A DNA stretch of 64,000 nt from an uncultured Oscillospiraceae bacterium. GTDB taxonomy: Bacteria; Bacillota; Clostridia; RUG12999. The DNA lies in NCBI GenBank assembly GCA_964418245.1, contig CAYQKW010000002.1, forward strand, positions 9,415 to 73,414, read 5' to 3'. This document shows, piece after piece, positions 20,323-30,820 of this stretch (position 1 is its first letter; the number at the start of each line of letters is the position of its first letter). The translations under genes and the position numbers were made by a program. The notes under the pieces are model-generated. The model saw nothing but the letters and a program-made list of their open reading frames with translations. It did not search any database and was not told the origin of the DNA.

Positions 20323-22752
20323 ATGACATGTAAAAAAGTATTTGATTTATGCGGAGAATGGCAGCTTGTAAGCGAAGACGGGCAAAATTATGCCGCAACC
20401 GTTCCGGGCTGTGTACATACGGATATAATAAAAGATAATATGTATTGGCGCGACAACTCAAAAAATGTTCAAGATATAGAAAATCATAATTGGAAATACT
20501 CAAAAGAATTTTCGATTGATGAAATTTTTAGTAATGCATATATCGTTTTTGAAGGGCTTGATACATATTGTGATATATACTTAAACGATATAAAAATCGC
20601 AGAATGTGCGAATATGTTTATATCACATCGTATAAAAGCGGACGGTGCACTGAAAATCGGTAAAAATATACTCACTGTATATTTTTATTCTCCAATAAAA
20701 AAAGTTGCCGATTCACCGAAAAAAGTCGGAGCATTCACAACAGAGCGTATGAATACGCGGCGTATGCAATGTACATATGGTTGGGATTGGGTGGAACGAT
20801 TTGTAACCTGTGGAATTTTCAGACCGGTATATCTTGTATTCGACAACGAATTCAGAATTGATAACGTATATGTATATACCGAAACTTTCGATAAACACGG
20901 CGCATCAGTGAAAATTTCCGGTGAGACGGTCAATTACACGAAGGGTGCGGCGGTAAAAATAAGTATTTCAGCACCAAACGGTGAAAATATATATGAAAAA
21001 AACGAATATATCAACTCAAAATATTTTGAGGAAACGATAAATATATCGAATCCGGAACTATGGTATCCGAACGGATACGGAAAACAGCCGATTTATACAC
21101 TTCGCTTCGAATATAACGGGGTTTGCATAGAAGAAAAATTCGGCATACGCACAGTACGTATTGTTGAAATTGAAGATGAAATAGGGTCCGATTATTATAA
21201 TATATGTGAAGAAATAAAGAAAACTCCTTCTGCGGAAGAATATGATGCAAACAATAAATATTCTGGGTTTGTTTTGTGTATTAACGACACTGAAATTATG
21301 TGCAAAGGTGCAAATTTTGTGCCGACAGAACCGTTTATATCCGAAGAAAAAGACGAAAAAATAACAAATTTTTTGGAAATGGCAAAAAACGCCGGAGTTA
21401 ATATGTTGCGTGTTTGGGGCGGAGGTGTTTTTGAAAAGGATTGGTTTTACGGCGAATGCGACCGATTAGGCATAACAGTTACACAAGATTTTATGATGGC
21501 GTGTGGGGAATATCCCGAAGATGAAGATTGGTTTATTGATGAACTGCGAAAAGAAGCGGAATACGCCGCAAAACGATTGAGAAATCACCCGTGTCTTGTG
21601 TGGTGGAACGGTGACAACGAAAATGCAATAAACGGAACGTACACAGATGAAAATTATCGTGGAAAATCCGCGTTTTACCGAGGAATACTGCCGGAATTAC
21701 AACGATATGATTATTCGCGCAGAGCATTGGCATCAAGCCCTTACGGCGGAAATAAGTTTGCGTCAAAAACAGTCGGAACAACGCACAACACGCAATATTT
21801 AAGCTATATTTTTGATTATATAATTAATTCGGATATGTCGGATTATAAAGAATATTTCGATTTATATACGGCAAGATTTATTGCGGAAGAACCGACTTTC
21901 GGCATGGTATGTGAGCAGTCGCTTAAAGAGATGATGACGGAAGCTGATATGTATGACCCCGAAATGAAAATGGCATATTGGCACACTCGTTCAAATCCGG
22001 CTTTGGAATATGAAATTATGGACTATACGCTTGCATTTGCGGAAAAAGTACTCGGTAAATTTGAAAATCCGCAAGACAAGCTGTTTAAACTTCGTTATGT
22101 TCAATATGAATGGGTAAGAATTTCTCTTGAAAATGCAAGAAGCCGAAACGGTTTCTGCAACGGTATAATATATTGGATGCTTAATGACTGTTGGCCGGCG
22201 GCGTCCGGTTGGGCATTTATAGATTACTATTGCCGCCCGAAAGCCTCGTATTACAGTTTTAAACGTGCGGCAAAACCTGTTATGTCAATTATAAAATTCC
22301 AAAACAACAAATTCAAGGTTATCATAAGTAATAACGGAATTTGTGACAAGAATGTAAATGTGCAATGCAAAATAATCAATTATATTACGGGCGCGGAAAA
22401 TGTTATATTTGAAAACGAACTGCTGTCGCCGAGAAACAACTCTGTGTGTTTTGAACTTGATGCGGAACTTGCACAAAACAGCATTTTTGTGTGCGATTTG
22501 GACGACGGAAGAACTGACAGAAGTTTTTATAAAGACGGAAAACTTGAAATGACGCATTCCTCAAACATCGAAATAATAAACGGCACAGAAACGGAAATTG
22601 AAATATTCGCCTCGGAATATACACATACCGTTGAATTAAGAGGTGATTGTATTTTTGATGAAAATTATTTTTCGATGACCAAAGGCGAAAGAAAAGTTAT
22701 TGGTCACACAAGTTGCAAAAACATACAGTTAAATGAATATACATTAAAATAA
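20323..22752 (+). CDS. GH2-family beta-mannosidase-like glycosidase, cytoplasmic
   Basis: About 809 aa from ATG 20323 (AAAGGAG SD). CGEWQL N-terminus, TYGWDW, MLRVWGGG, QDFMMAC, WWNGDNE and EPTFG motifs in the order expected for beta-mannosidases. Confidence 0.75.
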   Translation: MTCKKVFDLCGEWQLVSEDGQNYAATVPGCVHTDIIKDNMYWRDNSKNVQDIENHNWKYSKEFSIDEIFSNAYIVFEGLDTYCDIYLNDIKIAECANMFISHRIKADGALKIGKNILTVYFYSPIKKVADSPKKVGAFTTERMNTRRMQCTYGWDWVERFVTCGIFRPVYLVFDNEFRIDNVYVYTETFDKHGASVKISGETVNYTKGAAVKISISAPNGENIYEKNEYINSKYFEETINISNPELWYPNGYGKQPIYTLRFEYNGVCIEEKFGIRTVRIVEIEDEIGSDYYNICEEIKKTPSAEEYDANNKYSGFVLCINDTEIMCKGANFVPTEPFISEEKDEKITNFLEMAKNAGVNMLRVWGGGVFEKDWFYGECDRLGITVTQDFMMACGEYPEDEDWFIDELRKEAEYAAKRLRNHPCLVWWNGDNENAINGTYTDENYRGKSAFYRGILPELQRYDYSRRALASSPYGGNKFASKTVGTTHNTQYLSYIFDYIINSDMSDYKEYFDLYTARFIAEEPTFGMVCEQSLKEMMTEADMYDPEMKMAYWHTRSNPALEYEIMDYTLAFAEKVLGKFENPQDKLFKLRYVQYEWVRISLENARSRNGFCNGIIYWMLNDCWPAASGWAFIDYYCRPKASYYSFKRAAKPVMSIIKFQNNKFKVIISNNGICDKNVNVQCKIINYITGAENVIFENELLSPRNNSVCFELDAELAQNSIFVCDLDDGRTDRSFYKDGKLEMTHSSNIEIINGTETEIEIFASEYTHTVELRGDCIFDENYFSMTKGERKVIGHTSCKNIQLNEYTLK

Positions 22753-22778
22753 AATTTTAACGAAAAATAAAAAAAATA

Positions 22779-22807
22779 TTGACATGTTACAGGTTTAGTT
22801 GTAAAAT
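22779..22807 (+). promoter_or_regulatory. Candidate sigma-A promoter for the yicC...thiN cluster
   Basis: TTGACA-N17-TAAAAT, 22 nt upstream of ATG 22829. Confidence 0.6.
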
Positions 22808-22828
22808 ATATATTGAGGAGGTGCTGTT

Positions 22829-23707
22829 ATGCCCAAAAGTATGACAGGCTACGGGGCTTATGAGTTTTCGGATGATACAAGAAAAATAACTCTTGAAATC
22901 AAATCCGTAAATAACAGATATGCCGATATAAATATCAAACTACGGTCTTCATATATATTTCTGGAAGAGGATATACGAAATACCGTATTAAAAAATGTAT
23001 CAAGGGGTAAAATTGATATATTTATAACAGTACAGGAGTATAAAAGCGAATTTGCGGAAATTTCGGTTGATGAAAAACTTTTGAAACAATATGCCGATGC
23101 ATTAAAAAAAATATCGGAAACAGTATCGGTTCCGGAGGGAATAACCGCAGAAAGGCTCTCAAGATATCCGGATATACTTGTTATATCACAGAATAACTTT
23201 GATAAGGATGCACTAAAAGAAGAAATCATGACAGCATTGAACGGGGCACTTGATGAATTTGTTGCGGCACGTGAACGTGAAGGACAACGCATTGCGGTAA
23301 AACTTAATGCATGTATAGACGGTATAAGCCGCGAAGTTGATAAAATCGAACAGCGTATGCCGCAGATTGCAGAGAACTATCGTATACGGCTTGAAAACAA
23401 GCTAAAAGAAATTCTTGAAGAAAAATCTGTCGATGAAAATCGGATTATCGCCGAAGCGGCCATATTTGCGGATAAAATATGTACCGACGAAGAAATTGTA
23501 AGGCTGAAATCGCATATTGATGAATTTAAAAATGTATTGGTATCATCACAACCGATAGGCAGGAAACTTGATTTCATCATTCAGGAAATGAACAGAGAGA
23601 TAAATACAATCGGTTCAAAATCGAATGACATTGAAGTTGCCAAAACAGTTGTCGGTGTTAAAGGGGAAATTGAAAAACTGCGTGAACAGGTACAAAATAT
23701 TGAATAA
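22829..23707 (+). CDS. yicC: YicC/YloC-family protein
   Basis: 292 aa; MTGYG N-terminus and C-terminal [17 protein letters not shown] motif. Confidence 0.9.
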   Translation: MPKSMTGYGAYEFSDDTRKITLEIKSVNNRYADINIKLRSSYIFLEEDIRNTVLKNVSRGKIDIFITVQEYKSEFAEISVDEKLLKQYADALKKISETVSVPEGITAERLSRYPDILVISQNNFDKDALKEEIMTALNGALDEFVAAREREGQRIAVKLNACIDGISREVDKIEQRMPQIAENYRIRLENKLKEILEEKSVDENRIIAEAAIFADKICTDEEIVRLKSHIDEFKNVLVSSQPIGRKLDFIIQEMNREINTIGSKSNDIEVAKTVVGVKGEIEKLREQVQNIE

Positions 23708-23720
23708 TAAGGAGATTGAC

Positions 23721-24008
23721 ATGAAAGCTCAAGAAGAAATAAAACTTATAAATATCGGTTTTGGAAGTATTATTTCCGCAAACAGACTTATTGCCATAAT
23801 CAGCCCCGAATCCGCACCCATAAAACGGACAATTCAAGAAGCGCGCGAACGCGGAAAACTTATTGATGCCACATACGGACGAAGAACGCGAGCCGTATTG
23901 ATAACAGACAGCGAGCATATAATTTTGTCCGCAATACAGCCGGAAACCGTGGCACACAGATTGGTCGGCAAAGATTCCGGCGGAACGGAGTCGGAAGATG
24001 ATGAATAA
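23721..24008 (+). CDS. remA: RemA/YlzA (DUF370) regulator
   Basis: 95 aa from ATG 23721 (AAGGAG SD); SPESAPIKR...[15 protein letters not shown] motif. Confidence 0.85.
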   Translation: MKAQEEIKLINIGFGSIISANRLIAIISPESAPIKRTIQEARERGKLIDATYGRRTRAVLITDSEHIILSAIQPETVAHRLVGKDSGGTESEDDE

Positions 24009-24606
24009 AGGGATTTTATGTGTTATATCGGGACCGGCCGGGGTCGGTAAAGGCAGTGTGTGTAAAGATTATTTAAGCAGATACGAAAATACGTTTCTTT
24101 CGGTTTCGGCAACAACACGGAATCCGAGACCGGGAGAGGAAAACGGTATAAATTATTATTTCAAAACAAAAGATGAATTTGAAAAAATGATAGCGGCAGA
24201 TGAACTGCTTGAGTATGCAAGTTTCTGCGGAAACTATTACGGAACACCAAAAAAAGAAGTTAGTCATTTTTTGGAAGAAGGCAAAGATATAATTCTTGAA
24301 ATTGAAGTTCAGGGAGCTTTGAAAGTAAAAGAAATCATGCCGGAAGCGGTGCTGATTTTCATATTTCCGCCGTCCTTTGCGGAACTTGAAAAACGGCTGA
24401 AAGGTCGAAACACCGAAACATCCGATGTAATAGCGAAACGTTTGGAACGTGCAAAAGAAGAACTTGTGATTTCAAAACAATATGACTATGTTGTCGTAAA
24501 TGATGAAATAGAACTTGCATCAAAGAAGATACGCTGTATCGTTGATGCGGAAAAGCAAAAGGTATTGAGAAACGAAAAATTAATTACGGAGGTAACGGAA
24601 CAATGA
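23998..24606 (+). CDS. gmk: Guanylate kinase
   Basis: P-loop [28 protein letters not shown]. Confidence 0.95.
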   Translation: MMNKGILCVISGPAGVGKGSVCKDYLSRYENTFLSVSATTRNPRPGEENGINYYFKTKDEFEKMIAADELLEYASFCGNYYGTPKKEVSHFLEEGKDIILEIEVQGALKVKEIMPEAVLIFIFPPSFAELEKRLKGRNTETSDVIAKRLERAKEELVISKQYDYVVVNDEIELASKKIRCIVDAEKQKVLRNEKLITEVTEQ

Positions 24607-24998
24607 TACACGGTGACAATACAATGATATATCCGCCGATTAAAGATGTTGTAAAGAAACTAGGTGATGACTGTAGCAGATATGATTTGGTAATTGCGGC
24701 GGCAAAACGTGCGAGAGCTATAGCGAAAAATGATAAAGATGAAAACAAAGACGAAAAAAATTCGGTAAAACCAATCACGCGTGCTGTGAGAGAAATAATG
24801 GAAGATGATTTTTACATTATTCATGCCGACGGAAACGATGAAAGTGCGCCGATTCCGGATACGGGAAACATGGTTATCAATCTTAACAGCGAAGAAGAAT
24901 TATGCGACAAAACCGAAGAAACAGAAGACGAAATCGAAGAAGATGCCGATGAAGAACCGAACGATTCCGAAGAGGAAGAATCCGATGATATACAGTAA
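24603..24998 (+). CDS. rpoZ: RNA polymerase omega subunit with long acidic C-terminal tail
   Basis: RYDLVIAAAKRARAI omega motif; ATGA overlap with the gmk stop; last ~45 residues are heavily D/E-rich. Confidence 0.8.
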   Translation: MIHGDNTMIYPPIKDVVKKLGDDCSRYDLVIAAAKRARAIAKNDKDENKDEKNSVKPITRAVREIMEDDFYIIHADGNDESAPIPDTGNMVINLNSEEELCDKTEETEDEIEEDADEEPNDSEEEESDDIQ

Positions 24999-26193
24999 TT
25001 ACAGTGAGCTTAACGGCAAAAAAATAGTTCTCGGAATAACCGGTGGTATAGCGGCATATAAGGCGGCACAAACCGCAAGTAATCTTGTTAAGTTTGGTGC
25101 CGATGTTGATGTGATAATGACAGAAAATGCCTGTGAGTTTATAACTCCCACCACATTTCGTGCAATAACAAAAAATCCGGTTACGGTAAATACTTTCAGT
25201 GAACCTAAAATATATGAAATAAATCATATTGCACTTGCGCATAAGGCGGATGCATTTCTCATCGTCCCGGCAACGGCGAATTTTATCGGGAAAGTTGCCT
25301 GCGGAATAGCAGATGATATGCTTTCGACAACCGTTATGGCAACAAAAGCTCCGGTTATCATCGCTCCTGCAATGAACAGCGCAATGTATGAAAATCCGAT
25401 TGTGCAGTCGAACATCGAAAAACTTAAAAATTTCGGTTATATATTTGCCGAACCCGAAGAAGGCAGACTTGCCTGCGGTGATAACGGAAAAGGCAGACTT
25501 TGCAGTGAAGATACAATTGCCGAGATGTTATGCGATGTCATGACAAAAAAAGATTTGACAAACAAAAAAGTGCTTATAACAGCCGGACCCACACGTGAAT
25601 ATATGGACCCTGTACGATATATAACGAATCCATCTTCCGGCAAAATGGGATATGCGCTTGCGAGAAACGCCAAAAGAAGAGGAGCGGATGTTACTCTTAT
25701 ATCCGGACCGGTTAATATTGAACCGCCAAACGGAATTGAAACCGTAAACGTAACGACCGCACTTCAAATGTACGAAGAAGTAACAAAACGCTGTAAAACC
25801 GCGGATATTATAGTAAAATCAGCGGCAGTCGGCGATTTCAGACCGAAAAGTTTCAGTGAACACAAACTGAAAAAAGATGCGGTCGGAATAATAGAACTTG
25901 AGAAAAATCCGGATATTCTTGCAGAGGTATGCAAACAAGCAAAAAAAGCTGTTGTTGTAGGGTTTTGCATGGAAACACGCGATTTGAAACAACAGGCATA
26001 TGAAAAACTTTTGAAAAAAGGTGCGGATTTTATAGTGGCAAATAATATTGCCGAGAAAAATGCCGGTTTTGCCGGCGACAACAACACGGTATGCATTATA
26101 GATAAAGACGGTAAAAGTGAAGATTTCGGAAATATGTCAAAATTGAAGCTTGCCGAAATAATATTTGATAAGGCGTTGGAGATGTATGAATAA
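24985..26193 (+). CDS. coaBC: Phosphopantothenoylcysteine decarboxylase / phosphopantothenate-cysteine ligase
   Basis: GITGGIAAYKA, APAMNSAMYENP, SSGKMGYALA. Start moved to ATG 24985 (MIYSNYSELNGKKIVLG); the upstream part of the ORF overlaps rpoZ out of frame. Confidence 0.95.
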   Translation: MIYSNYSELNGKKIVLGITGGIAAYKAAQTASNLVKFGADVDVIMTENACEFITPTTFRAITKNPVTVNTFSEPKIYEINHIALAHKADAFLIVPATANFIGKVACGIADDMLSTTVMATKAPVIIAPAMNSAMYENPIVQSNIEKLKNFGYIFAEPEEGRLACGDNGKGRLCSEDTIAEMLCDVMTKKDLTNKKVLITAGPTREYMDPVRYITNPSSGKMGYALARNAKRRGADVTLISGPVNIEPPNGIETVNVTTALQMYEEVTKRCKTADIIVKSAAVGDFRPKSFSEHKLKKDAVGIIELEKNPDILAEVCKQAKKAVVVGFCMETRDLKQQAYEKLLKKGADFIVANNIAEKNAGFAGDNNTVCIIDKDGKSEDFGNMSKLKLAEIIFDKALEMYE

Positions 26194-28603
26194 AATTGCC
26201 GAAGTTATTATCGATTCAAAGTCAAAGGCTGTAGACAGGGTTTTTGACTATACCGCAGATGATACGGTTAAAACAGGAATGAGAGTTAAAGTTCCTTTCG
26301 GGAAAGGAAATCGTTCCGTAATCGGATTTGTTGTGAATATGAAAGAACGTTCCGATTATAAAAATCTGAAATCCGTTTCGGAAATAATTGATGAAAAACC
26401 GCTCCTTTCCGAAATGTCCGTACAATTTGCCGAGTATATCAAAAAAACCTGCTTATGCAGTATGCAAACGGCTTTAAAATTAATGTTGCCGCCAACGCCG
26501 TCGTTAAGATACGAATATATCATAAAACTTACGGATGTTGAATATAATGCGGCAGAACTCACAGCGGCTCAACAAAAAATTATCGAAGCACTCAAAAGTT
26601 CAACCGGCGGAAAAGAGCTTGAAGAACTCAAATCGGAATGCGGATTTTCGGGTGAGATTCCCGTGAACAAACTTGTTGAAAAAGGTATTGTTTCAAAAGA
26701 GGAGATACTCGTCGGCGGCATAAAAACACTAAAAAGAAAGTTTGTAACGCTTGCCGATAATCACACGGAATCCGTGCGAAATGAGTTATCCGCTATAAGA
26801 AAAGTACACGATGCTTTTGAAATATTGCTTGAATGCGAAAGCGTTATGTTAAGCGAACTTGTGGCACGTTCGTCAAGAAGTGCCGTTAATACGCTTATAA
26901 AAAAAGGTTATGCTTTTATCGAAGAAAAAACTGTATCAAGAATAAATACAGATATTACCGATATTCACCGAAAAATGTTTGTGCTGTCGGAAGAACAGAA
27001 AAGGGCATTGAATGAAATTATAAAATGTATAGATTCCGGAAAACATACGGATTTTTTACTTTACGGTGTGACAGGAAGCGGAAAAACCGAGGTGTTTTTG
27101 CGGGCGGCTCAAGCATGTGCAAATAAAGGTAGAAATGTTATTATACTCGTTCCCGAAATATCACTGACACCACAGATGTCCGCGCGTTTTGTTGAACGTT
27201 TCGGCGAGCGTGTTGCACTTTTGCACAGCGGACGTTCGTTGAGAGAAAGATATGACGAATGGCATAAAATAAAAAACGGAGAGATTAATATTGTTGTCGG
27301 AACACGGTCGGCGATATTTGCACCGCTGGAAAACATAGGGCTGATTGTTGTCGATGAAGAACACGATACATCATATAAATCCGAAAGTACACCGAAATAC
27401 GATGCCGTCAATGCGGCTATTTACCGCGGAATACAAAACAAATGTGCTGTTGTTCTCGCTTCAGCCACACCTCGGATTGAAAGTTTTTATAATGCCGAAA
27501 TCGGTAAATATAAGCTTTTAACTTTGAAAAATCGTGTTGCCTCGGCACTTCCCGATATACGAATTGCGGATTTGTCACGAAGATTTAACGAAGACAGTGC
27601 GTCTGTTTTGAGTAATGAATTAAAAAACGAGATTGCACTGAATCTGAAAAATCACGAACAAACAATACTTTTTCTTAACCGCCGCGGCTTTTCAACCTTC
27701 ATAACCTGCCGCAAATGCGGTTATACGGCAAAATGTCCGAGATGCAGTGTAACTCTTACGTATCACAGCAAAAAAAATAAATTACTTTGTCACTATTGCG
27801 GATATGAGACCGAAAATATAAACGTATGTCCGGAGTGCGGAAGTATGTATATTAAATATTCGGGAACAGGAACGCAAAAACTTGAAGACGAGCTGAAAAA
27901 TACTTTTAATGATATATCGGTAATTCGTGTGGATGCCGATACGGTATCGAAAAAAACAGCACATCGTGATTTGTTTGAACATTTTAAAAACGAACACATA
28001 GATGTAATGATAGGTACTCAAATGGTAACGAAAGGGCTGGATTTCAGTGATGTCACACTTGTTGGGGTTATAGCGGCCGATGCTGTTCTTAATCTTGATG
28101 ACTACCGTGCTGCGGAAACCGCATTTGCGCAGTTTACTCAAGTGTGCGGAAGAGCCGGAAGAGGCAGTAAGCCGGGTCGAGCTTTAATACAGACCTATAA
28201 TCCGTCAAACCCGGTGCTTGCACTGGTCTTGAAACAAGATTACACAGAGTTTTATAAACGAGAAATAGCTGTACGTGCGGCATTTGACAATCCTCCGTTT
28301 TCGCGGCTTATAAACTTTTTGTTTACAGGCAATAATGAAGTTACAACGGAACGGTACGCAAAAAAAATGAGCGGCGAAATAATAAAGCTTATGCAGAGCG
28401 AAAACGGTATCTTAAAGCAATATTACGGACCGTCCGCCGCACCAATAGAAAAAATTGACAATAAATACAGATACCGCTTGCTGGTAAAAACACAGAACAC
28501 TTCAAAAATATTGGATATACTGCACGAAGCGGACGTACGTCACGAAAGCAACAAACAGGACGTGTATATGGATATAACAATAAGTCCGGTATCGGTACTT
28601 TAA
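26186..28603 (+). CDS. priA: Primosomal protein N' (replication restart helicase)
   Basis: Walker A GVTGSGKTEV, VVDEEHD, zinc-finger cysteines CRKCGYTAKCPRCS...CHYCGY...CPECGS. Confidence 0.95.
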   Translation: MNKIAEVIIDSKSKAVDRVFDYTADDTVKTGMRVKVPFGKGNRSVIGFVVNMKERSDYKNLKSVSEIIDEKPLLSEMSVQFAEYIKKTCLCSMQTALKLMLPPTPSLRYEYIIKLTDVEYNAAELTAAQQKIIEALKSSTGGKELEELKSECGFSGEIPVNKLVEKGIVSKEEILVGGIKTLKRKFVTLADNHTESVRNELSAIRKVHDAFEILLECESVMLSELVARSSRSAVNTLIKKGYAFIEEKTVSRINTDITDIHRKMFVLSEEQKRALNEIIKCIDSGKHTDFLLYGVTGSGKTEVFLRAAQACANKGRNVIILVPEISLTPQMSARFVERFGERVALLHSGRSLRERYDEWHKIKNGEINIVVGTRSAIFAPLENIGLIVVDEEHDTSYKSESTPKYDAVNAAIYRGIQNKCAVVLASATPRIESFYNAEIGKYKLLTLKNRVASALPDIRIADLSRRFNEDSASVLSNELKNEIALNLKNHEQTILFLNRRGFSTFITCRKCGYTAKCPRCSVTLTYHSKKNKLLCHYCGYETENINVCPECGSMYIKYSGTGTQKLEDELKNTFNDISVIRVDADTVSKKTAHRDLFEHFKNEHIDVMIGTQMVTKGLDFSDVTLVGVIAADAVLNLDDYRAAETAFAQFTQVCGRAGRGSKPGRALIQTYNPSNPVLALVLKQDYTEFYKREIAVRAAFDNPPFSRLINFLFTGNNEVTTERYAKKMSGEIIKLMQSENGILKQYYGPSAAPIEKIDNKYRYRLLVKTQNTSKILDILHEADVRHESNKQDVYMDITISPVSVL

Positions 28604-28681
28604 CAATTAATTTCTTGCAAAAGAAACTACAGCAAATTATTTTATTTTTGCCGCATACCGCGGCAGACAAGGAGACTGAAT

Positions 28682-29146
28682 ATGGCACTCAGAAAGATAC
28701 TTACTTTGGGGGATGAAACCCTGTATAAAAAAAGCCGTAAGGTTGAAAAATTCGATAAACGGCTTCATGATATTCTGGACGACATGGCAGAAACCATGTA
28801 TAACGCAAACGGCGCAGGTCTTGCCGCTGTGCAGATAGGTATACTCAGACGCATTGTTGTAATTGATACCGGAGATGGGTTGATTGAACTTGTAAATCCG
28901 GAAATTGTTGAACAGAGCGGAGAGCAGAACGGCGAGGAAGGCTGTCTCAGCATTCCGGGTAAATGCGGCGATGTTACAAGACCGATGAATGTTAAGGTGA
29001 AAGCACGAGACAGAAACGGTAAGCTTTTTGAAACAGAAGGCAGTGAGTTGCTTGCACGTGCATTCTGTCACGAAATTGAACATCTTGACGGTCATTTATA
29101 CATTGAAAAAGCCGTTAATCTTCGTATGACGGAGGCGAAAAATTAA
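28682..29146 (+). CDS. def: Peptide deformylase
   Basis: GLAAVQIG, EGCLS, HEIEHLDG motifs; AAGGAG SD. Confidence 0.95.
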   Translation: MALRKILTLGDETLYKKSRKVEKFDKRLHDILDDMAETMYNANGAGLAAVQIGILRRIVVIDTGDGLIELVNPEIVEQSGEQNGEEGCLSIPGKCGDVTRPMNVKVKARDRNGKLFETEGSELLARAFCHEIEHLDGHLYIEKAVNLRMTEAKN

Positions 29147-29147
29147 C

Positions 29148-30059
29148 TTGAAAAAAATAATGTTTATGGGAACCCCTGATTTTGCCGCAGTAAGTCTTGA
29201 TGTTTTGAACGAAGCGTTTGATGTATCATGCGTTGTGTGTCAGCCGGATAAGCCGAAAGGCAGAGGCGGAAAATTATCAATGCCTCCGGTTAAAGAGGCG
29301 GCACTGAAAAAAGGTATAACGGTATATCAGCCGGAAACACTTAAAGACGGAAAATTTGTCGAAATACTGCAAAAAGAACAGCCTGATATTATAGCGGTTG
29401 TTGCATACGGAAAATTACTGCCGAAATATGTGCTTGATTATCCAAAATACGGATGCATAAATCTTCATGGCTCGGTTTTGCCCAAATACCGTGGAAGCGC
29501 ACCTATTCAATGGAGTGTTATAAACGGAGATAAAACCGCCGGAGTTACAACCATGTTTATGTCTGAGGGGCTTGACAGCGGCGATATTCTTGAGGTTTTT
29601 GAAACCCCGATAGGCGAAGCCGAAACAGCCGGAGAACTTTTTGACAGACTGGCGGTTGAAGGTGCAAGACTTTTAAAACATACAATTGAGAATATTGAAA
29701 ATATAAAACCCGTTCCGCAGAACGAAGCTCATGTCACAAAAGCTCCTATGCTCAATAAGGAAATGGGAAAGATTACATTTGAAAAATCCGCAAAAGAGTT
29801 GTATAATTTAATCAGGGGACTTAATCCATGGCCGGTGGCGTATATAAATACAAATAAGGGAATACTTAAAGTATATGAATCTCGGATTACCGATGAAAAA
29901 ACATCCGGGAATCCGGGTGAAAGAACAGGAAAAAACCTTGAATTTCAAACATCGTGCGGCAGAATAGAATTTATAAGTGTACAGCTTCAAGGCAAAAAAA
30001 GAATGTCTGCCGAAGAATTTTTAAGAGGTAATGCAAATATTGTTTTTGAAGAACATTAA
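29148..30059 (+). CDS. fmt: Methionyl-tRNA formyltransferase
   Basis: FMGTPDFA, HGSVLPKYRGSAPIQW. TTG start 10 nt after GGAGG (ATG 29160 is the alternative). Confidence 0.95.
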   Translation: MKKIMFMGTPDFAAVSLDVLNEAFDVSCVVCQPDKPKGRGGKLSMPPVKEAALKKGITVYQPETLKDGKFVEILQKEQPDIIAVVAYGKLLPKYVLDYPKYGCINLHGSVLPKYRGSAPIQWSVINGDKTAGVTTMFMSEGLDSGDILEVFETPIGEAETAGELFDRLAVEGARLLKHTIENIENIKPVPQNEAHVTKAPMLNKEMGKITFEKSAKELYNLIRGLNPWPVAYINTNKGILKVYESRITDEKTSGNPGERTGKNLEFQTSCGRIEFISVQLQGKKRMSAEEFLRGNANIVFEEH

Positions 30060-30117
30060 ATAAAATATTCGGGACACAGGCAGTTTGCCGCGTGTATCCT
30101 GTTTGAAGGTGATATGT

Positions 30118-30798
30118 ATGTTAATTGACAGTTATTATATAATGCTTGTTTTGCCGGCGATTATTATATCAATGTTTGCACAGGCAAAAGTACAGAATAC
30201 ATTTTCAAAATATTCAAAAGTATTTTCACGCCGTGGAATAACAGGCCGAGAAACAGCCGAAATGATTTTGAGTGAAAACGGCATATATGACGTGACCGTG
30301 CAGTCTGCCGCCGGCAGTCTGACAGATAACTTTAACCCAACAAACAAAACGATAAATTTGTCACAGCCGGTGTATAATGTTTCGTCTGTTGCCGCAATCG
30401 GAGTTGCCGCACATGAAACAGGTCATGCGATTCAACATAATATGGGATATTTACCGATAAAGATGCGAAATGCGATTTTGCCTGTTGCAAATATCGGTGC
30501 AAATGCTGCCATGCCGCTTGCAATTCTTGGGATTGTTATGGGTTTGCCCGCATTGGTTAATATCGGGATTATACTGTTTTCGGCGGTTGTTCTGTTTCAG
30601 CTTGTAACGTTGCCGGTTGAATTTAATGCAAGCGCAAGAGCACTAAAAATACTGAAAAACGGCTATGTTTTAACCGAGGATGAAATGAAAGGTGCAAAAG
30701 CCGTATTGACAGCGGCGGCATTGACTTATGTTGCGGCAATGCTGACAAGTCTTATGAGTTTGATAAGGCTTGTGCTTATATCACGAAAACGTGACTGA
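30118..30798 (+). CDS. Membrane zinc metallopeptidase (YugP-like, Zn_peptidase_2 type)
   Basis: HExxH (AHETGHAIQH) flanked by TM helices. Start at ATG 30118 (GAAGGTG SD). Confidence 0.75.
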   Translation: MLIDSYYIMLVLPAIIISMFAQAKVQNTFSKYSKVFSRRGITGRETAEMILSENGIYDVTVQSAAGSLTDNFNPTNKTINLSQPVYNVSSVAAIGVAAHETGHAIQHNMGYLPIKMRNAILPVANIGANAAMPLAILGIVMGLPALVNIGIILFSAVVLFQLVTLPVEFNASARALKILKNGYVLTEDEMKGAKAVLTAAALTYVAAMLTSLMSLIRLVLISRKRD

Positions 30799-30820
30799 TG
30801 AAAACCGAAAGGCAAAAAAT

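Noticed and set aside
24805-24984. 60-codon 5' extension of coaBC overlapping rpoZ
   Set aside because: It lies out of frame over the rpoZ acidic tail and gives a K/R-rich nonsense translation. The flavoprotein motif follows ATG 24985.
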